This document shows, piece by piece, positions 18,443 through 28,283 of a DNA stretch of 36,284 nt. Within the stretch, counting starts at the first letter, position 1, and each line of letters starts with the position of its first letter. Under the pieces are notes generated by a model that saw only the letters and a program-made list of their open reading frames with translations, was not told where the DNA came from and did not search any database. This stretch comes from Methanotrichaceae archaeon (GTDB taxonomy: Archaea > Halobacteriota > Methanosarcinia > Methanotrichales > Methanotrichaceae): the NCBI GenBank assembly GCA_963754945.1, contig CAVWIG010000036.1, positions 1-36,284 of the forward strand, read 5' to 3'. A program made the translations under genes and the position numbers.

Positions 18443-18887
18443 AAGCAACAATTACGATAACCTCCTATCCTTTACTTTTTCGCAAAGCTCTCAGTTACCC
18501 ATCGTTTTTCCCAGATTCATTTTGGAGTGGGTAGAGAAAATTAATGATCTGGATGGATTTCACCGAAACTACTAATAAGAAGGTCAAGCAGAACTGCACT
18601 ATTCGTTGAAAACCGCAAATAAAATATCAAAATAAAAGAAATCATTACAGAGAATACTTTTACAGCGCCAAACGACTGTTCCTTCGGTCCTTGAGGCTTT
18701 CAGCATTTGTCTACATGATGATCTGTTCCAGTCACTTTCCGTACATTAAGAAAGATAGTTTTTTGCATATGCAGTCGAATCTATTTTTCTTCCTGAGAGG
18801 TCATCATAGATGGGAAAGTAAATCTATTTTGTCTTTAGTCAAGTAAACTTTATATGCTAAGACGGGAATTGCTTCGGCGGTGATACT

Positions 18888-19583
18888 ATGCATATAATGG
18901 AGGGATTCTTGCCGCTCAACTGGTGCGTGTTCTGGTATGCACTCGCGCTGCCAGTGGTGGCTTATGGTGCTTACAAGATGAGCAAATTAATTAAAGCGAA
19001 CCGCGATGTTCTGCCCTTACTTGCGGTATCCGGCGCCTTCATCTTCGTTCTCTCTTCCCTTAAGATGCCGTCCGTTACGGGAAGCTGCTCTCATCCTACT
19101 GGAACAGGCATGGGAGCGATACTCTTCGGGCCGTGGATTACTTCTGTCCTATCAATCATAGTCCTGATCTACCAGGCCATATTTCTGGCTCACGGCGGCC
19201 TGACCACATTGGGAGCCAACACCTTCTCCATGGGTATAGTTGGTCCAATCATGGGCTATCTGGTCTATAAAGGCGCCATGAAGTGGAATGTGAATATGTA
19301 CATCGCCGTATTTCTGGCGGCGTTAATCGCGGATTGGGCCACATATATTGTTACATCCATCGAGCTTGCTGTGGCCTTCCCCGCCGCTTCAGGAGGAGTG
19401 CTGGCATCTTTCGAGGCCTTCCTGGCTGTCTTTGCCATAACCCAGGTTCCTCTGGCCATAGTGGAGGGAGCCGTAACTGCACTCATGTTCAAATACATCG
19501 TCCAGCTCAGAAGCGATGTTTTGCTAAAGCTAAATGTGGCGTCTCCCAGCATTATTAATAAGCTGAAGGAGATGTCGGTATGA
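18888..19583 (+). CDS. cbiM: Cobalt ECF transporter S component
   Basis: MHIMEGFLP, PSVTGSCSHPTG, AHGGLTTLGAN. Confidence 0.96.
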   Translation: MHIMEGFLPLNWCVFWYALALPVVAYGAYKMSKLIKANRDVLPLLAVSGAFIFVLSSLKMPSVTGSCSHPTGTGMGAILFGPWITSVLSIIVLIYQAIFLAHGGLTTLGANTFSMGIVGPIMGYLVYKGAMKWNVNMYIAVFLAALIADWATYIVTSIELAVAFPAASGGVLASFEAFLAVFAITQVPLAIVEGAVTALMFKYIVQLRSDVLLKLNVASPSIINKLKEMSV

Positions 19584-19903
19584 AGATGGAACTCATTGTT
19601 GTTGCAATCCTTCTGATATTCATCGGTGCCTTCGCTTATGTTAGCTCAACAGGAAATCACGAATGGAGCGGGTCTGACGATCAGGCCGGGAACGTAATAG
19701 ATAAATTGACCGGAGGAACCTACGTGCCCTGGGCTCATAGTGTATGGACGCCGCCTAGCGCTGAAATAGAGAGCCTGCTCTTCGCCTTGCAGGCGGCCTT
19801 CGGCGCTATTATCATCGGCTATTTCCTGGGTTACTACCGCGGCTTGGCGAAGGGTAAAGCTGCCGCAACTTCAGAGAAGCAAAAAGGAAATTTGAATGCA
19901 TGA
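19580..19903 (+). CDS. cbiN: Cobalt ECF transporter component CbiN
   Basis: WSGSDD..YVPW...PPSAEIESLLFALQAAFGA..IGYFLG; ATGA overlap with cbiM. Confidence 0.95.
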   Translation: MKMELIVVAILLIFIGAFAYVSSTGNHEWSGSDDQAGNVIDKLTGGTYVPWAHSVWTPPSAEIESLLFALQAAFGAIIIGYFLGYYRGLAKGKAAATSEKQKGNLNA

Positions 19904-20678
19904 CCTGCTAGATGACTACGCCCATTCCAATGCTCTGAGAGACACAAGTCCGAGGCTAAAGCTGCTGCTTGGCCTCGGTGCCATCCTCATTTGCGTTGCC
20001 TCAGCCACACCGATAGCGCCTTTATTCATAGCCGTAACCATGAGCCTCATTACAGTTAGGTTGGCCAAAATTCCAGGGCGTTTTTACTCCACTCTGCTGC
20101 TATTACCCTTCTCATTCTCCATTCTGAGCGCCGCAGTAGTGGCCTTCATGCATGGCGGAGGCAGTTCATTATTTGCCTTTAACGTCTTCGGCATCAGCTT
20201 GGGCATCCGAGAAGAAGGAGCCAACCTGGCTTTGCTTCTGATTTCCAGGACCTTTGGGGGCATGTGCTCCCTATTCTTCATAGCCCTGACAACGCCCATG
20301 CTAGAGATCTTCTCGATCCTGAAGTCCCTGGGTCTGCCGGACTTCTTGGTCGAGCTTTCCATGCTGATGTACAGGTACATCTTTGTTTTTGTGGATCAGG
20401 CTGCCGTAATCCATAGTGCCCAAGTGATGCGGTTGGGAGACGCAGGAGTCAAAAACTCTCTGAACTCCTTCTCCATGCTTTCGAGCGTCCTATTCTTGAG
20501 GGCGTGGGAGCAGGGCGAGAGACTCATCGTAACTATGGACGCTCGCTGTTACGATGGCAAGCTCGATCTCATGGAGCAGTCCGGTAAGGCAGGGCCGAAG
20601 GCAACCTTTGCCGTGATGGGCTATATGGCCGTGATTGCCGCCATTGCTGTTTTGACTCGAGGCATCCAACTGTTGTGA
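19896..20678 (+). CDS. cbiQ: Cobalt ECF transporter T component
   Basis: LMYRYIF, AQVMRLG, MDARCYDG. Confidence 0.95.
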   Translation: MHDLLDDYAHSNALRDTSPRLKLLLGLGAILICVASATPIAPLFIAVTMSLITVRLAKIPGRFYSTLLLLPFSFSILSAAVVAFMHGGGSSLFAFNVFGISLGIREEGANLALLLISRTFGGMCSLFFIALTTPMLEIFSILKSLGLPDFLVELSMLMYRYIFVFVDQAAVIHSAQVMRLGDAGVKNSLNSFSMLSSVLFLRAWEQGERLIVTMDARCYDGKLDLMEQSGKAGPKATFAVMGYMAVIAAIAVLTRGIQLL

Positions 20679-20684
20679 GGTTAC

Positions 20685-21926
20685 ATGACATCCATACTTG
20701 AAACCAGAGATGTAGTCTATTCTTACGGAGACGGAACAAAGGCCCTGAAAGGGGTAAGCATATCCCTCGAGGAGGGCAAAAAAATAGCTCTGGTTGGCCC
20801 AAACGGAGCAGGCAAATCCACTCTAATGCTCATGTTTAACGGCATCCTGCGCCCAAGCGCAGGTGAGGTTCTTTTCCATGGCCAGACCTTGCGATACGAT
20901 TCTGCTTCACTCCGGGAGGTAAGGCGCAAGGTGGGGATGGTCTTTCAGAACTCGGACGACCAGATCTTTGCCCCTTCGGTTTATCAGGACGTGGCCTTCG
21001 GGCCAGTGAACCTAGGCTTTCCCGAAGATAAAGTGAAGAAGTACGCAGATTATGCCCTGCAGTACGTTGGCCTCTCCGGTTACGACCGCCGCCCGCCTCA
21101 CCACCTAAGTGGCGGCGAGAAGAAGAGAGTAGCCATAGCGGGCATCCTGGCCATGGAACCTGAGGTGTTGATTCTGGATGAACCCACCTCTAACCTGGAC
21201 CCAGCCAGCTCTGAGGAGATTATGGATATGCTGGACGAGCTGAACTGCGGAGGAAAGACGGTGATCATCTCCACGCACGATGTGGACTTGGCCTACCGCT
21301 GGGCCGACGAGATCATTCTGATGGAGAACGGCGGGGTGCTTCGCAGGGGTATTGGGCCAGAGGTATTCGGTGACGAGGAGCTGATTAAGAGATCCAGGCT
21401 AAAGCTACCGATAGTGGTGGACCTCTATAAGGAGCTAGTCAGTCGGGATTTGCTAAACGACTCTAGGCCGCCCAGGAACATCCTGGAGCTGACCGATCTC
21501 GTGGAGTCCAGAAACCGAGGGAAGACATCCAGAGGGGCCTTGGGCACTATCCATATCTGCAACGTGGATAAAGCAGGCTCAGAAGAGATCAAGGGCATCC
21601 TGAATAAGTCACACGTAAGTTATACGGGAGCCATGGGAACGAACGCCAAGGTGCTGGCTGATCAAGCCAGGATACCTCTGGACTTCACCTACGGCGTCAT
21701 AGACAAGTGCATCCTCAAGGCTCTGACAGGAAAGAACTCCCTGATAATGACCTCAGGCGGGATGGTGGACCACTCCGTCAAAAGGATTCGGGCCTATTGC
21801 GATGAGTCAGGAGCTAAGATAGAAGTGGTCAAGCTCTCTTCTCTTGCAGAATCTAGCGTAAACTCAGACAGACGGGAGATATTAAGCCAAAAAGAATCCA
21901 TGAAACCGATAGAGGCGGTTCAGTGA
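20685..21926 (+). CDS. cbiO: Cobalt ECF ATPase with extra C-terminal domain
   Basis: GPNGAGKST, LSGGEKKR, LDEPT, plus a ~130-aa extension. Confidence 0.93.
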   Translation: MTSILETRDVVYSYGDGTKALKGVSISLEEGKKIALVGPNGAGKSTLMLMFNGILRPSAGEVLFHGQTLRYDSASLREVRRKVGMVFQNSDDQIFAPSVYQDVAFGPVNLGFPEDKVKKYADYALQYVGLSGYDRRPPHHLSGGEKKRVAIAGILAMEPEVLILDEPTSNLDPASSEEIMDMLDELNCGGKTVIISTHDVDLAYRWADEIILMENGGVLRRGIGPEVFGDEELIKRSRLKLPIVVDLYKELVSRDLLNDSRPPRNILELTDLVESRNRGKTSRGALGTIHICNVDKAGSEEIKGILNKSHVSYTGAMGTNAKVLADQARIPLDFTYGVIDKCILKALTGKNSLIMTSGGMVDHSVKRIRAYCDESGAKIEVVKLSSLAESSVNSDRREILSQKESMKPIEAVQ

Positions 21927-22933
21927 TGTCGCATGAAGGACACATGCACGATGAAGAAAGCCATTGCGGCCATCATCATGTTCATGGAGTCGTAGATCCC
22001 TCCATGCTGGCTACTCAAAAAGGGATCTCGACCGTCAAATGGTCCTTTATTGTGCTGATAGCAACGGCCTTAGTCCAGATGACGGCAGTCTCGTATACAG
22101 GAAGTGTCGCTCTTCTCGCGGATATGATTCACCATTTCGGCGATGCCGCTACTTCTATTCCTCTCTGGATAGCCTTCGCCCTGGCACATCGCAGGCCCAG
22201 CAAACAGTTTACCTACGGTTACGGCCGAGTAGAGGATCTAGCTGGTATGGTCATTGTGCTCCTCATCCTCTTCAGTGTCATTGTTGCCAGTTACGAATCC
22301 ATCAACAGACTTTTTCATCCACAGGTGGTCGATCACCTCTGGGCAGTGGCGCTGGCATCTCTGGTCGGCTTCATCGGCAACGAGGTCGTTGCTTTTTATC
22401 GATGCCGTACAGGGAAAAATATCAACAGTGCTGCTCTGGTCGCTGACGGCTGCCATGCCCGAGTTGACGGCCTGACCAGTCTGGCGGTCTTCCTTGGTGC
22501 CCTTGGTGTCTGGCTTGGCTATCCCTGGGCAGATCCCTTTATCGGAGTCATCATCACCTTTGCCATCCTTGGTATCGTCTGGAGTTCTGTGAAGGTGGTA
22601 TTCTGTCGCCTTATAGACGGAGTGGACCCAGCGGTGGTGGATGAGGTCAAGGAGGCCGCAAGTCATGTTTCAGGCGTGAAGGAGGTCACCAATGTTCGAG
22701 TGAGGTGGCTGGGACACCAGCTTCATGCTGAAATTGACTTGGCTGTGTCCGATGATCTCCCTGTGAAGGAGGGGCACGAGATCGCCAAAGAGGTACAACA
22801 CCAGCTTATGCATCATCTGAGCTACCTTTCCAGAGCCACCATCCACGTCGATCCATTAAGAGCTTCGGGAGAGGAGAATCACCATGTGGGTGAGCACAGC
22901 CATGGATACTTGCCCCCTCACTTGCATCTCTGA
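21926..22933 (+). CDS. Cation diffusion facilitator (CDF) transporter with His-rich termini
   Basis: SVALLADMIHHFGD, YGYGRVEDL, ADGCHARVD, IHVDP. TGATG overlap with cbiO; GTG at 21923 is an alternative start. Confidence 0.93.
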   Translation: MSHEGHMHDEESHCGHHHVHGVVDPSMLATQKGISTVKWSFIVLIATALVQMTAVSYTGSVALLADMIHHFGDAATSIPLWIAFALAHRRPSKQFTYGYGRVEDLAGMVIVLLILFSVIVASYESINRLFHPQVVDHLWAVALASLVGFIGNEVVAFYRCRTGKNINSAALVADGCHARVDGLTSLAVFLGALGVWLGYPWADPFIGVIITFAILGIVWSSVKVVFCRLIDGVDPAVVDEVKEAASHVSGVKEVTNVRVRWLGHQLHAEIDLAVSDDLPVKEGHEIAKEVQHQLMHHLSYLSRATIHVDPLRASGEENHHVGEHSHGYLPPHLHL

Positions 22934-23309
22934 GGTGAAAGGCGTTAAGCATTGCAAAGGCATTAGAGGCTACAAAAGAGGACGAATCCACATTGTCGAA
23001 CGTTGCCATTTTAAGAACGTTATCGTTCGAGTTATGTCAGTGCTAAATAGCTGATTTTTGCATTTGAATTGCTCACATAGACAAACATTTAGAGGACTAT
23101 AAGAAGCACTTTGCAACAGTTATAACCCAACAAAACACCGAAATCTTTAAGTAAAACCTACTTGATTAAAGTAAAGCTAAGTGGAATAATATCTTTATTC
23201 CATGCGTCCAATCAAAACCTGAGGCGGGGTTGGATCTCCGCCTCGGATCTCCTCTTTGTTGGCTACGACAATTCATTTTACGAATCAGAATCCTCGCAGA
23301 TGCTGCCAC

Positions 23310-24101
23310 TCAATCCAAGGCCAAGTCAAACAGCTCATACTTCAACCCTTCTGACTCCAAACGTTCCAGAAGGTTGGGGACTTGCTCATCCACGCCGACA
23401 ATCACCGAGCTTATGCCGTGGTGGGCAGCCTCCACAACAGATCCCTTGGCTCCGAACATCACATCTGGTTCCCTGTCCACCTTTCTCAGTGCCACTAGAG
23501 CTTCGATCCCCAGGGCGCCGACCATCTTATCGCTTGAGATCTTGCGTTTCAGCAGGTCGCTATTGATCTTTCGAGACCCGCCTGCCTGGACTCGTGGCAC
23601 TTTACACACCACGATCTTTCCCGCCTCCAGGCTGACCAGGCCCTTAAGATCCGAAACTCCCACGTCTTCGCCCGCAGTTGCATTGGAGATGGTTATGCCA
23701 CTGGCATCTATGCCTTCTTTCTTATTGGCATAGAGTAGCCCTCCACGCATCTCCAGAGAAACCCTCTCGCCTTCGGCCAAGTCAACTTCCGCCAAAGCCG
23801 TCCATACCGAGACGTGCTCGATTACCTCCTCCATGACCGTCCTAGCATATCGTTTCAGCTCAGTAGCACCTTCTAGAAGCCATTCAACTCCTTCTTTGGT
23901 GACACTGTAGCGTGTGCGGCCATCCGTTGTAACCAGACCGTCTGCAACCAGTTCCCTGACGTAATCAGATATGGCCTGCGTGGTCACTCCCATGCGCTCA
24001 GCCACCTCTTTCTGGCGCAGATTGGGCTGGTGGGCGGCTATCTCGACCAGGATCTGGAAGCGAGAGCTTTCTCGCTTGCTATGGAGGACGTTAACTATCA
24101 T
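23310..24101 (-). CDS. Archaeal winged-HTH (MarR-like, COG1497-type) transcriptional regulator
   Basis: FQILVEIA..QKEVAERMGVTTQAISDYVRELVADGLV..RYSVTKEG. Homology begins at the ATG at 24101, although the frame is open to 24401. Confidence 0.85.
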   Translation of the reverse strand: MIVNVLHSKRESSRFQILVEIAAHQPNLRQKEVAERMGVTTQAISDYVRELVADGLVTTDGRTRYSVTKEGVEWLLEGATELKRYARTVMEEVIEHVSVWTALAEVDLAEGERVSLEMRGGLLYANKKEGIDASGITISNATAGEDVGVSDLKGLVSLEAGKIVVCKVPRVQAGGSRKINSDLLKRKISSDKMVGALGIEALVALRKVDREPDVMFGAKGSVVEAAHHGISSVIVGVDEQVPNLLERLESEGLKYELFDLALD

Positions 24102-24401
24102 TATCGATTTCCATATATGGCTACTAGATCTTAAATGTAAATGGTGCAGAAGAACGTATCGAACTCCTGGGGAATCAGAGAACGCCTCCAAGGTTATCTG
24201 GGTCTTCTGCGCCCTCTGATAAGCCTTCGAAGTAAGCTTTCCTCGTAGCTCTTGGTTCTTGGTCGAAGTAGAACGCTTTGTCGAATTACTGGCCAGATCT
24301 CCCAGCATGGTCTGTTGCTTCAGGTCTTGGCCTTTGCCATTGTCTTGTCTGCCTGCTCCCGGAGCTCTGGCCATTTCCGTCCTCATTTTGACATAGGGCA
24401 C
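24102..24401 (-). CDS. Hydrophilic hypothetical segment in frame with the wHTH gene (separate small gene or N-terminal extension)
   Basis: Open frame from GTG at 24401 with no stop before the wHTH domain. Confidence 0.35.
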
Positions 24402-24516
24402 ATTATAAGGCCGGATATACGGCCTTGGCCCTTCTTTCTTTTGGATTTTACTGTTCAGTTTTTGGGAAAAGTGGTTTCTCCATTCTTATGTAACCAAGCA
24501 ATAGATTTAACCGAAG

Positions 24517-24840
24517 ATGTTACATAAGATCTGGTGTTTGATACCGAAGAACATCTCTGAAGAGCTATGCAGCCAGAAGCTGCCAGTCCTGTTAGAAATA
24601 AGGGATTTCGTCGACCATTTGATCTCGATAAGGGAAAGACCGCCTGAGCCCGACGATCTGCCCGAGAAAGGAGCCGTCATCGAGGTTAGAAGAGCCGGAT
24701 CGATTACCTACCGTCTGGAGAAGGTCTCCTGCGGAAAAGGTTGCAAGGGTTGCCCTCACGGGCCTTACTGGTACGGCTACTGGCGAGAGGGTGGCAAGAC
24801 CCGGTCCAAGTACATCGGCAAGAACCTGAGGCTGAAATGA
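24517..24840 (+). CDS. DUF6788-like Cys/His protein
   Basis: CGKGCKGCPHGPYWY..GKTRSKYIGK motif; ATGA overlap with znuA. Confidence 0.75.
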   Translation: MLHKIWCLIPKNISEELCSQKLPVLLEIRDFVDHLISIRERPPEPDDLPEKGAVIEVRRAGSITYRLEKVSCGKGCKGCPHGPYWYGYWREGGKTRSKYIGKNLRLK

Positions 24841-25703
24841 GGATGATGGCTTTGCTGGCCCTGTTGTTGCTGGTGCCTCTCCTTAGCGGCTGTGTGTCGC
24901 AGAGAGAGACCACCGGCCAGATCAAAGTCGCCACCACGATAATTCCCCTTGGCGAGTTCGTGCACGCAGTCGGTGGAGACAGGGTCTCAGTGACAGTACT
25001 TGTGCCACCTGGTGCAGATCCGCATAACTTCGAGCCGTCTCCATCGCAGATCCGCGAAGTGGCTGACGCGGACATCTACGCGGAGAACGGCGCTGGCCTT
25101 GAGAGCTGGATGGACAATATACTGAATGTCAATCAACGCATGCTCGTAATCGACACCTCAAGGGGCGTAAGCCTCAGAGCTGGAACGGGTGAGACAGCAG
25201 GCGGTGGCGGGATGGCCATGGACCCTCACATATGGCTTTCGCCTCGGGATGCAATGATCCAGGTACGAAACATATGCGACGGCCTGACGAGAGTTGACCC
25301 GGCCGGAAAAGATTATTACGCCAATAACAGAGACAACTACATTATTAAATTAAAAGAGCTTGATGCCAACCTCAACTCGACCTTTGCAGGAACGAAGAAG
25401 AAAAAGTTCATTGTGCTTCATCCTGCCTGGACCTACTTCGCCAGGGACTACGGACTTACGCAGATCGCCATCGAGGTTGAGGAGAAAGAGCCCGGGCCAA
25501 GGTACTTGACTACGGTGGTGAATGCTGCTTTGGCTAATAACATCACAACCGTCTTCGTCGAGCCCCAGTACAATCCGAAGATGGCCGAGGTGATCTCCAA
25601 GGAGATAAACGGTAAGGTGGTCTCTATCGATGACTTGGCCCCTAACTACATCGAAAATCTGAAGAGCGTGGGAGAAAAGATCGCCGAGAGCCTGATGTCA
25701 TGA
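24837..25703 (+). CDS. znuA: Zn/Mn ABC transporter substrate-binding lipoprotein (ZnuA/TroA family)
   Basis: Lipobox LSGC, GADPHNFEP, DPHIWLSP, HPAW.YFA. Confidence 0.92.
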   Translation: MRMMALLALLLLVPLLSGCVSQRETTGQIKVATTIIPLGEFVHAVGGDRVSVTVLVPPGADPHNFEPSPSQIREVADADIYAENGAGLESWMDNILNVNQRMLVIDTSRGVSLRAGTGETAGGGGMAMDPHIWLSPRDAMIQVRNICDGLTRVDPAGKDYYANNRDNYIIKLKELDANLNSTFAGTKKKKFIVLHPAWTYFARDYGLTQIAIEVEEKEPGPRYLTTVVNAALANNITTVFVEPQYNPKMAEVISKEINGKVVSIDDLAPNYIENLKSVGEKIAESLMS

Positions 25704-26453
25704 CTGCGATCGTGTCCATCAAGGGCCTGTGGGTGACAAGAGACGGTCATACCGTTCTTGAGAACGTGAACCTAGAGCTGAATGAGGGGGACTTCCTCGG
25801 GCTCATAGGCCCCAACGGCGGAGGAAAATCCACTCTGCTCAAGATAATGCTGGGCCTCATCAAACCCGACCAGGGTGAGGATCTTCGGTCTGGAGCCTGT
25901 TCAAGCTCGAAAGTTTGTAGGGTACATGCCCCAGAAGACCCTCTTCGATCCGAGCTTTCCCGTCACAGCCCTGGAGGTTGTATTAATGGGCAGATACACC
26001 CGGGCTGGCCTCTTCCAGCGCTACCGTCCTGAGGATAGAAAAGCAGCTTCAAAGGCTCTGGAGGCTGTGGGCATGGACAGATATGCAAGTCGCGAAATCG
26101 GTGCACTCTCCGGAGGTGAGCAGCAAAGGGTCTTCGTTGCTCGCTCCCTGGTTTCGGACCCGAAGCTGCTTTTATTGGATGAGCCCACGGCCGGCATCGA
26201 CTCCGCCCAGCAGACGGAGTTCTACGATCTGCTCTGTCGTCTGAACAGGAAGATGGGCATAGCAGTGGTGTTGGTATCCCATGACATCACTGCCATCTCC
26301 AAGTACGTCAACAGAATCGCCTGCTTGAACCAGCGTCTTTATTATCACGGCTCAAAGGAACTGACCAACGAGGATATCGAGAGAGCCTACGGCTGCCCCG
26401 TGGAGATGATAGCACACGGCACTCCCCACCGAGTGCTGAGGGAACATGATTGA
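25700..26453 (+). CDS. znuC: Zn/Mn ABC transporter ATPase; frameshift near 25878
   Basis: GPNGGGKST in the first frame; LSGGEQQR, LDEPT, SHD and ACLN in the second. Confidence 0.88.
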
Positions 26454-27240
26454 ATTCTTGCAGTATGACTTCATGCGCAGCGCCCTCTCGGCGGGCCTGG
26501 CCGCATCGGTGCTCTGCGGCATAATAGGAATATATGTAATATTAAATAGAATAGTATTTATCAGCGACGGTATCGCTCACGCCGCCTTTGGCGGAATTGG
26601 ATTGGGGTACTTTCTGGGGTTTGACCCTCTGGCCTTCGGCATCCTGTCGTCAGTCGTGACCGCTATCGGAATAGGCACTGTCAGCTCAAGGTCCAAAGTA
26701 TCGGAGGACACGGCCATTGGGGTGTTTCTGGCTACCGGCATGGCCATTGGAGTGATGCTAATGAGCATGAGCCGGGGGTACTCCAAAGACCTCTTCGGTT
26801 TTCTGTTCGGGAACATCCTGGCTGTTACCTGGTCTGACGTAGCAGTCATATTAGCCCTTACCCTCGTGGTTCTGGTTTTGTTTGCTCTGCTTTACAAGGA
26901 GTTCCTTATCCTCTCCTTCGACCCGATTTATGGGGAGGCTGTGGGACTTCCCGTCAGAAGGCTTCGCTTGCTGCTGCTGTGCATGGTGGCCTTCAGCGTG
27001 GTCGTGCTTATAAAAATAGTCGGAATAATAATGGTGATAGCACTGCTGACGATACCTGGGACCATAAGCAGACAGCACTTCAAAGGCCTTCCAGCCATTA
27101 TGGCAGGATCAATCCTCTGCGGGGCAGTGTTCGTAACAGCCGGTCTCTTCACCTCCTACCAACTGGACGTTCCCTCGGGGGCTACCATTATCCTCATTGC
27201 CGCTGTCGCTTTCTTCATCAGCGCCTTGACCTCCAGATAG
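26446..27240 (+). CDS. znuB: Zn/Mn ABC transporter permease
   Basis: DGIAHAAFGG, EDTAIG, FLFGNIL, SFD motifs. Confidence 0.92.
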   Translation: MIEFLQYDFMRSALSAGLAASVLCGIIGIYVILNRIVFISDGIAHAAFGGIGLGYFLGFDPLAFGILSSVVTAIGIGTVSSRSKVSEDTAIGVFLATGMAIGVMLMSMSRGYSKDLFGFLFGNILAVTWSDVAVILALTLVVLVLFALLYKEFLILSFDPIYGEAVGLPVRRLRLLLLCMVAFSVVVLIKIVGIIMVIALLTIPGTISRQHFKGLPAIMAGSILCGAVFVTAGLFTSYQLDVPSGATIILIAAVAFFISALTSR

Positions 27241-27273
27241 CCTTAAAATGGTACAAGTCGATTTTAGTCATGA

Positions 27274-28269
27274 ATGAATTGGCCACTTATCCTGCTCTGC
27301 GTACTTTCGACGCTTGTGGCTACCGGGTGCGCAGAAGAACTGATGTTCTTCGCCGACGACCACTACAAGGCTGCGGGCGAACCCGAGTTCAAAGCATCCG
27401 CTGTCAACCCGGTGCTGGTGCCTGGAACCAACTCAACCCTCCGGATAACCCTGGAGAACGTCGGCCTGGTCCAGGAGCTGATTCCCAATAAAGCTGGAGA
27501 CGCGGCCGAGATCTCCTCGGAGGCAAAGGAGGAGCTTCACAGTGTAGATGCCGACAACATCACCGCCCGGCTGTACGGGAGTGGACCGGTAGTAGTCACT
27601 TCTGCGCCGCGCGTCCTGGCATCTCTGCCAACAGGTGGCGTGGCCCAACTGGATTTCAACGTCACGACGGGAGTTGGAGCTGATGGATGGTACAGCCTGC
27701 TTCTAGAGACAGAGTACGAACATCAGATGGATGTCAAAGTCAGCAACAGCAGCAGCTCATCCTTATATCGGCCTTCTAACTCCAGCCAGAAGATCTCCAT
27801 CCTGGTCCAGGGTCCCGATAGGTCTCTCAAGGTCGAAGGGGTCGTTTCAGACCTGTACCCGGGAGGCAACGGCACCATCCTCGCAGTGATAAAAAACAAC
27901 GGCCAAGATGTAGCCAGAAACTGCACGGCAAGGCTTATGGCAGTGCCGCCGTTCAAGTCCTCTTCTGAGAGATACAGTCTGGGCGACCTTCCGCCGGGCC
28001 AGGCTGTCGTAGCCAGACTAACTGCAACCGTGGATGGCAATGCAGCGACCCGGGAATACCGGCTTGCCTGCGAGATGGTTCACGACAACCAAACTGTCAT
28101 GGTCTCATTGCCGGTCTTGCTCAAGAAGAGTCCGGAACCATTCCCTGGCAGCTTGGTCATAGCCATCCCTTTCTTGGCTCTGATCGGAGGTATGGCTCTG
28201 CTTTGGCGGGAGAAACAGAAGCATTCTGGCAGGACCTTTAGAAGAAGAAAAAGATGGCTGGGGCGGTGA
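27274..28269 (+). CDS. Cell-surface protein, COG1361-like Ig-fold domains with C-terminal TM anchor
   Basis: Signal peptide, IKNNG..A.N..ARL...PF..LGDL.PG pattern, TM helix plus basic tail. Confidence 0.75.
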   Translation: MNWPLILLCVLSTLVATGCAEELMFFADDHYKAAGEPEFKASAVNPVLVPGTNSTLRITLENVGLVQELIPNKAGDAAEISSEAKEELHSVDADNITARLYGSGPVVVTSAPRVLASLPTGGVAQLDFNVTTGVGADGWYSLLLETEYEHQMDVKVSNSSSSSLYRPSNSSQKISILVQGPDRSLKVEGVVSDLYPGGNGTILAVIKNNGQDVARNCTARLMAVPPFKSSSERYSLGDLPPGQAVVARLTATVDGNAATREYRLACEMVHDNQTVMVSLPVLLKKSPEPFPGSLVIAIPFLALIGGMALLWREKQKHSGRTFRRRKRWLGR

Positions 28270-28283
28270 CAACGGAGAGTACA

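Noticed and set aside
18450-18887. Cobalamin or NiCo riboswitch upstream of cbiM
   Set aside because: No B12-box or convincing structure seen, and a TATA box ~35 nt before the ATG implies a very short leader. An Rfam scan was not run.
24741-24836. Extended N-terminus of znuA from the ORF track
   Set aside because: It overlaps the upstream gene; the lipoprotein signal starts at the ATG at 24837.
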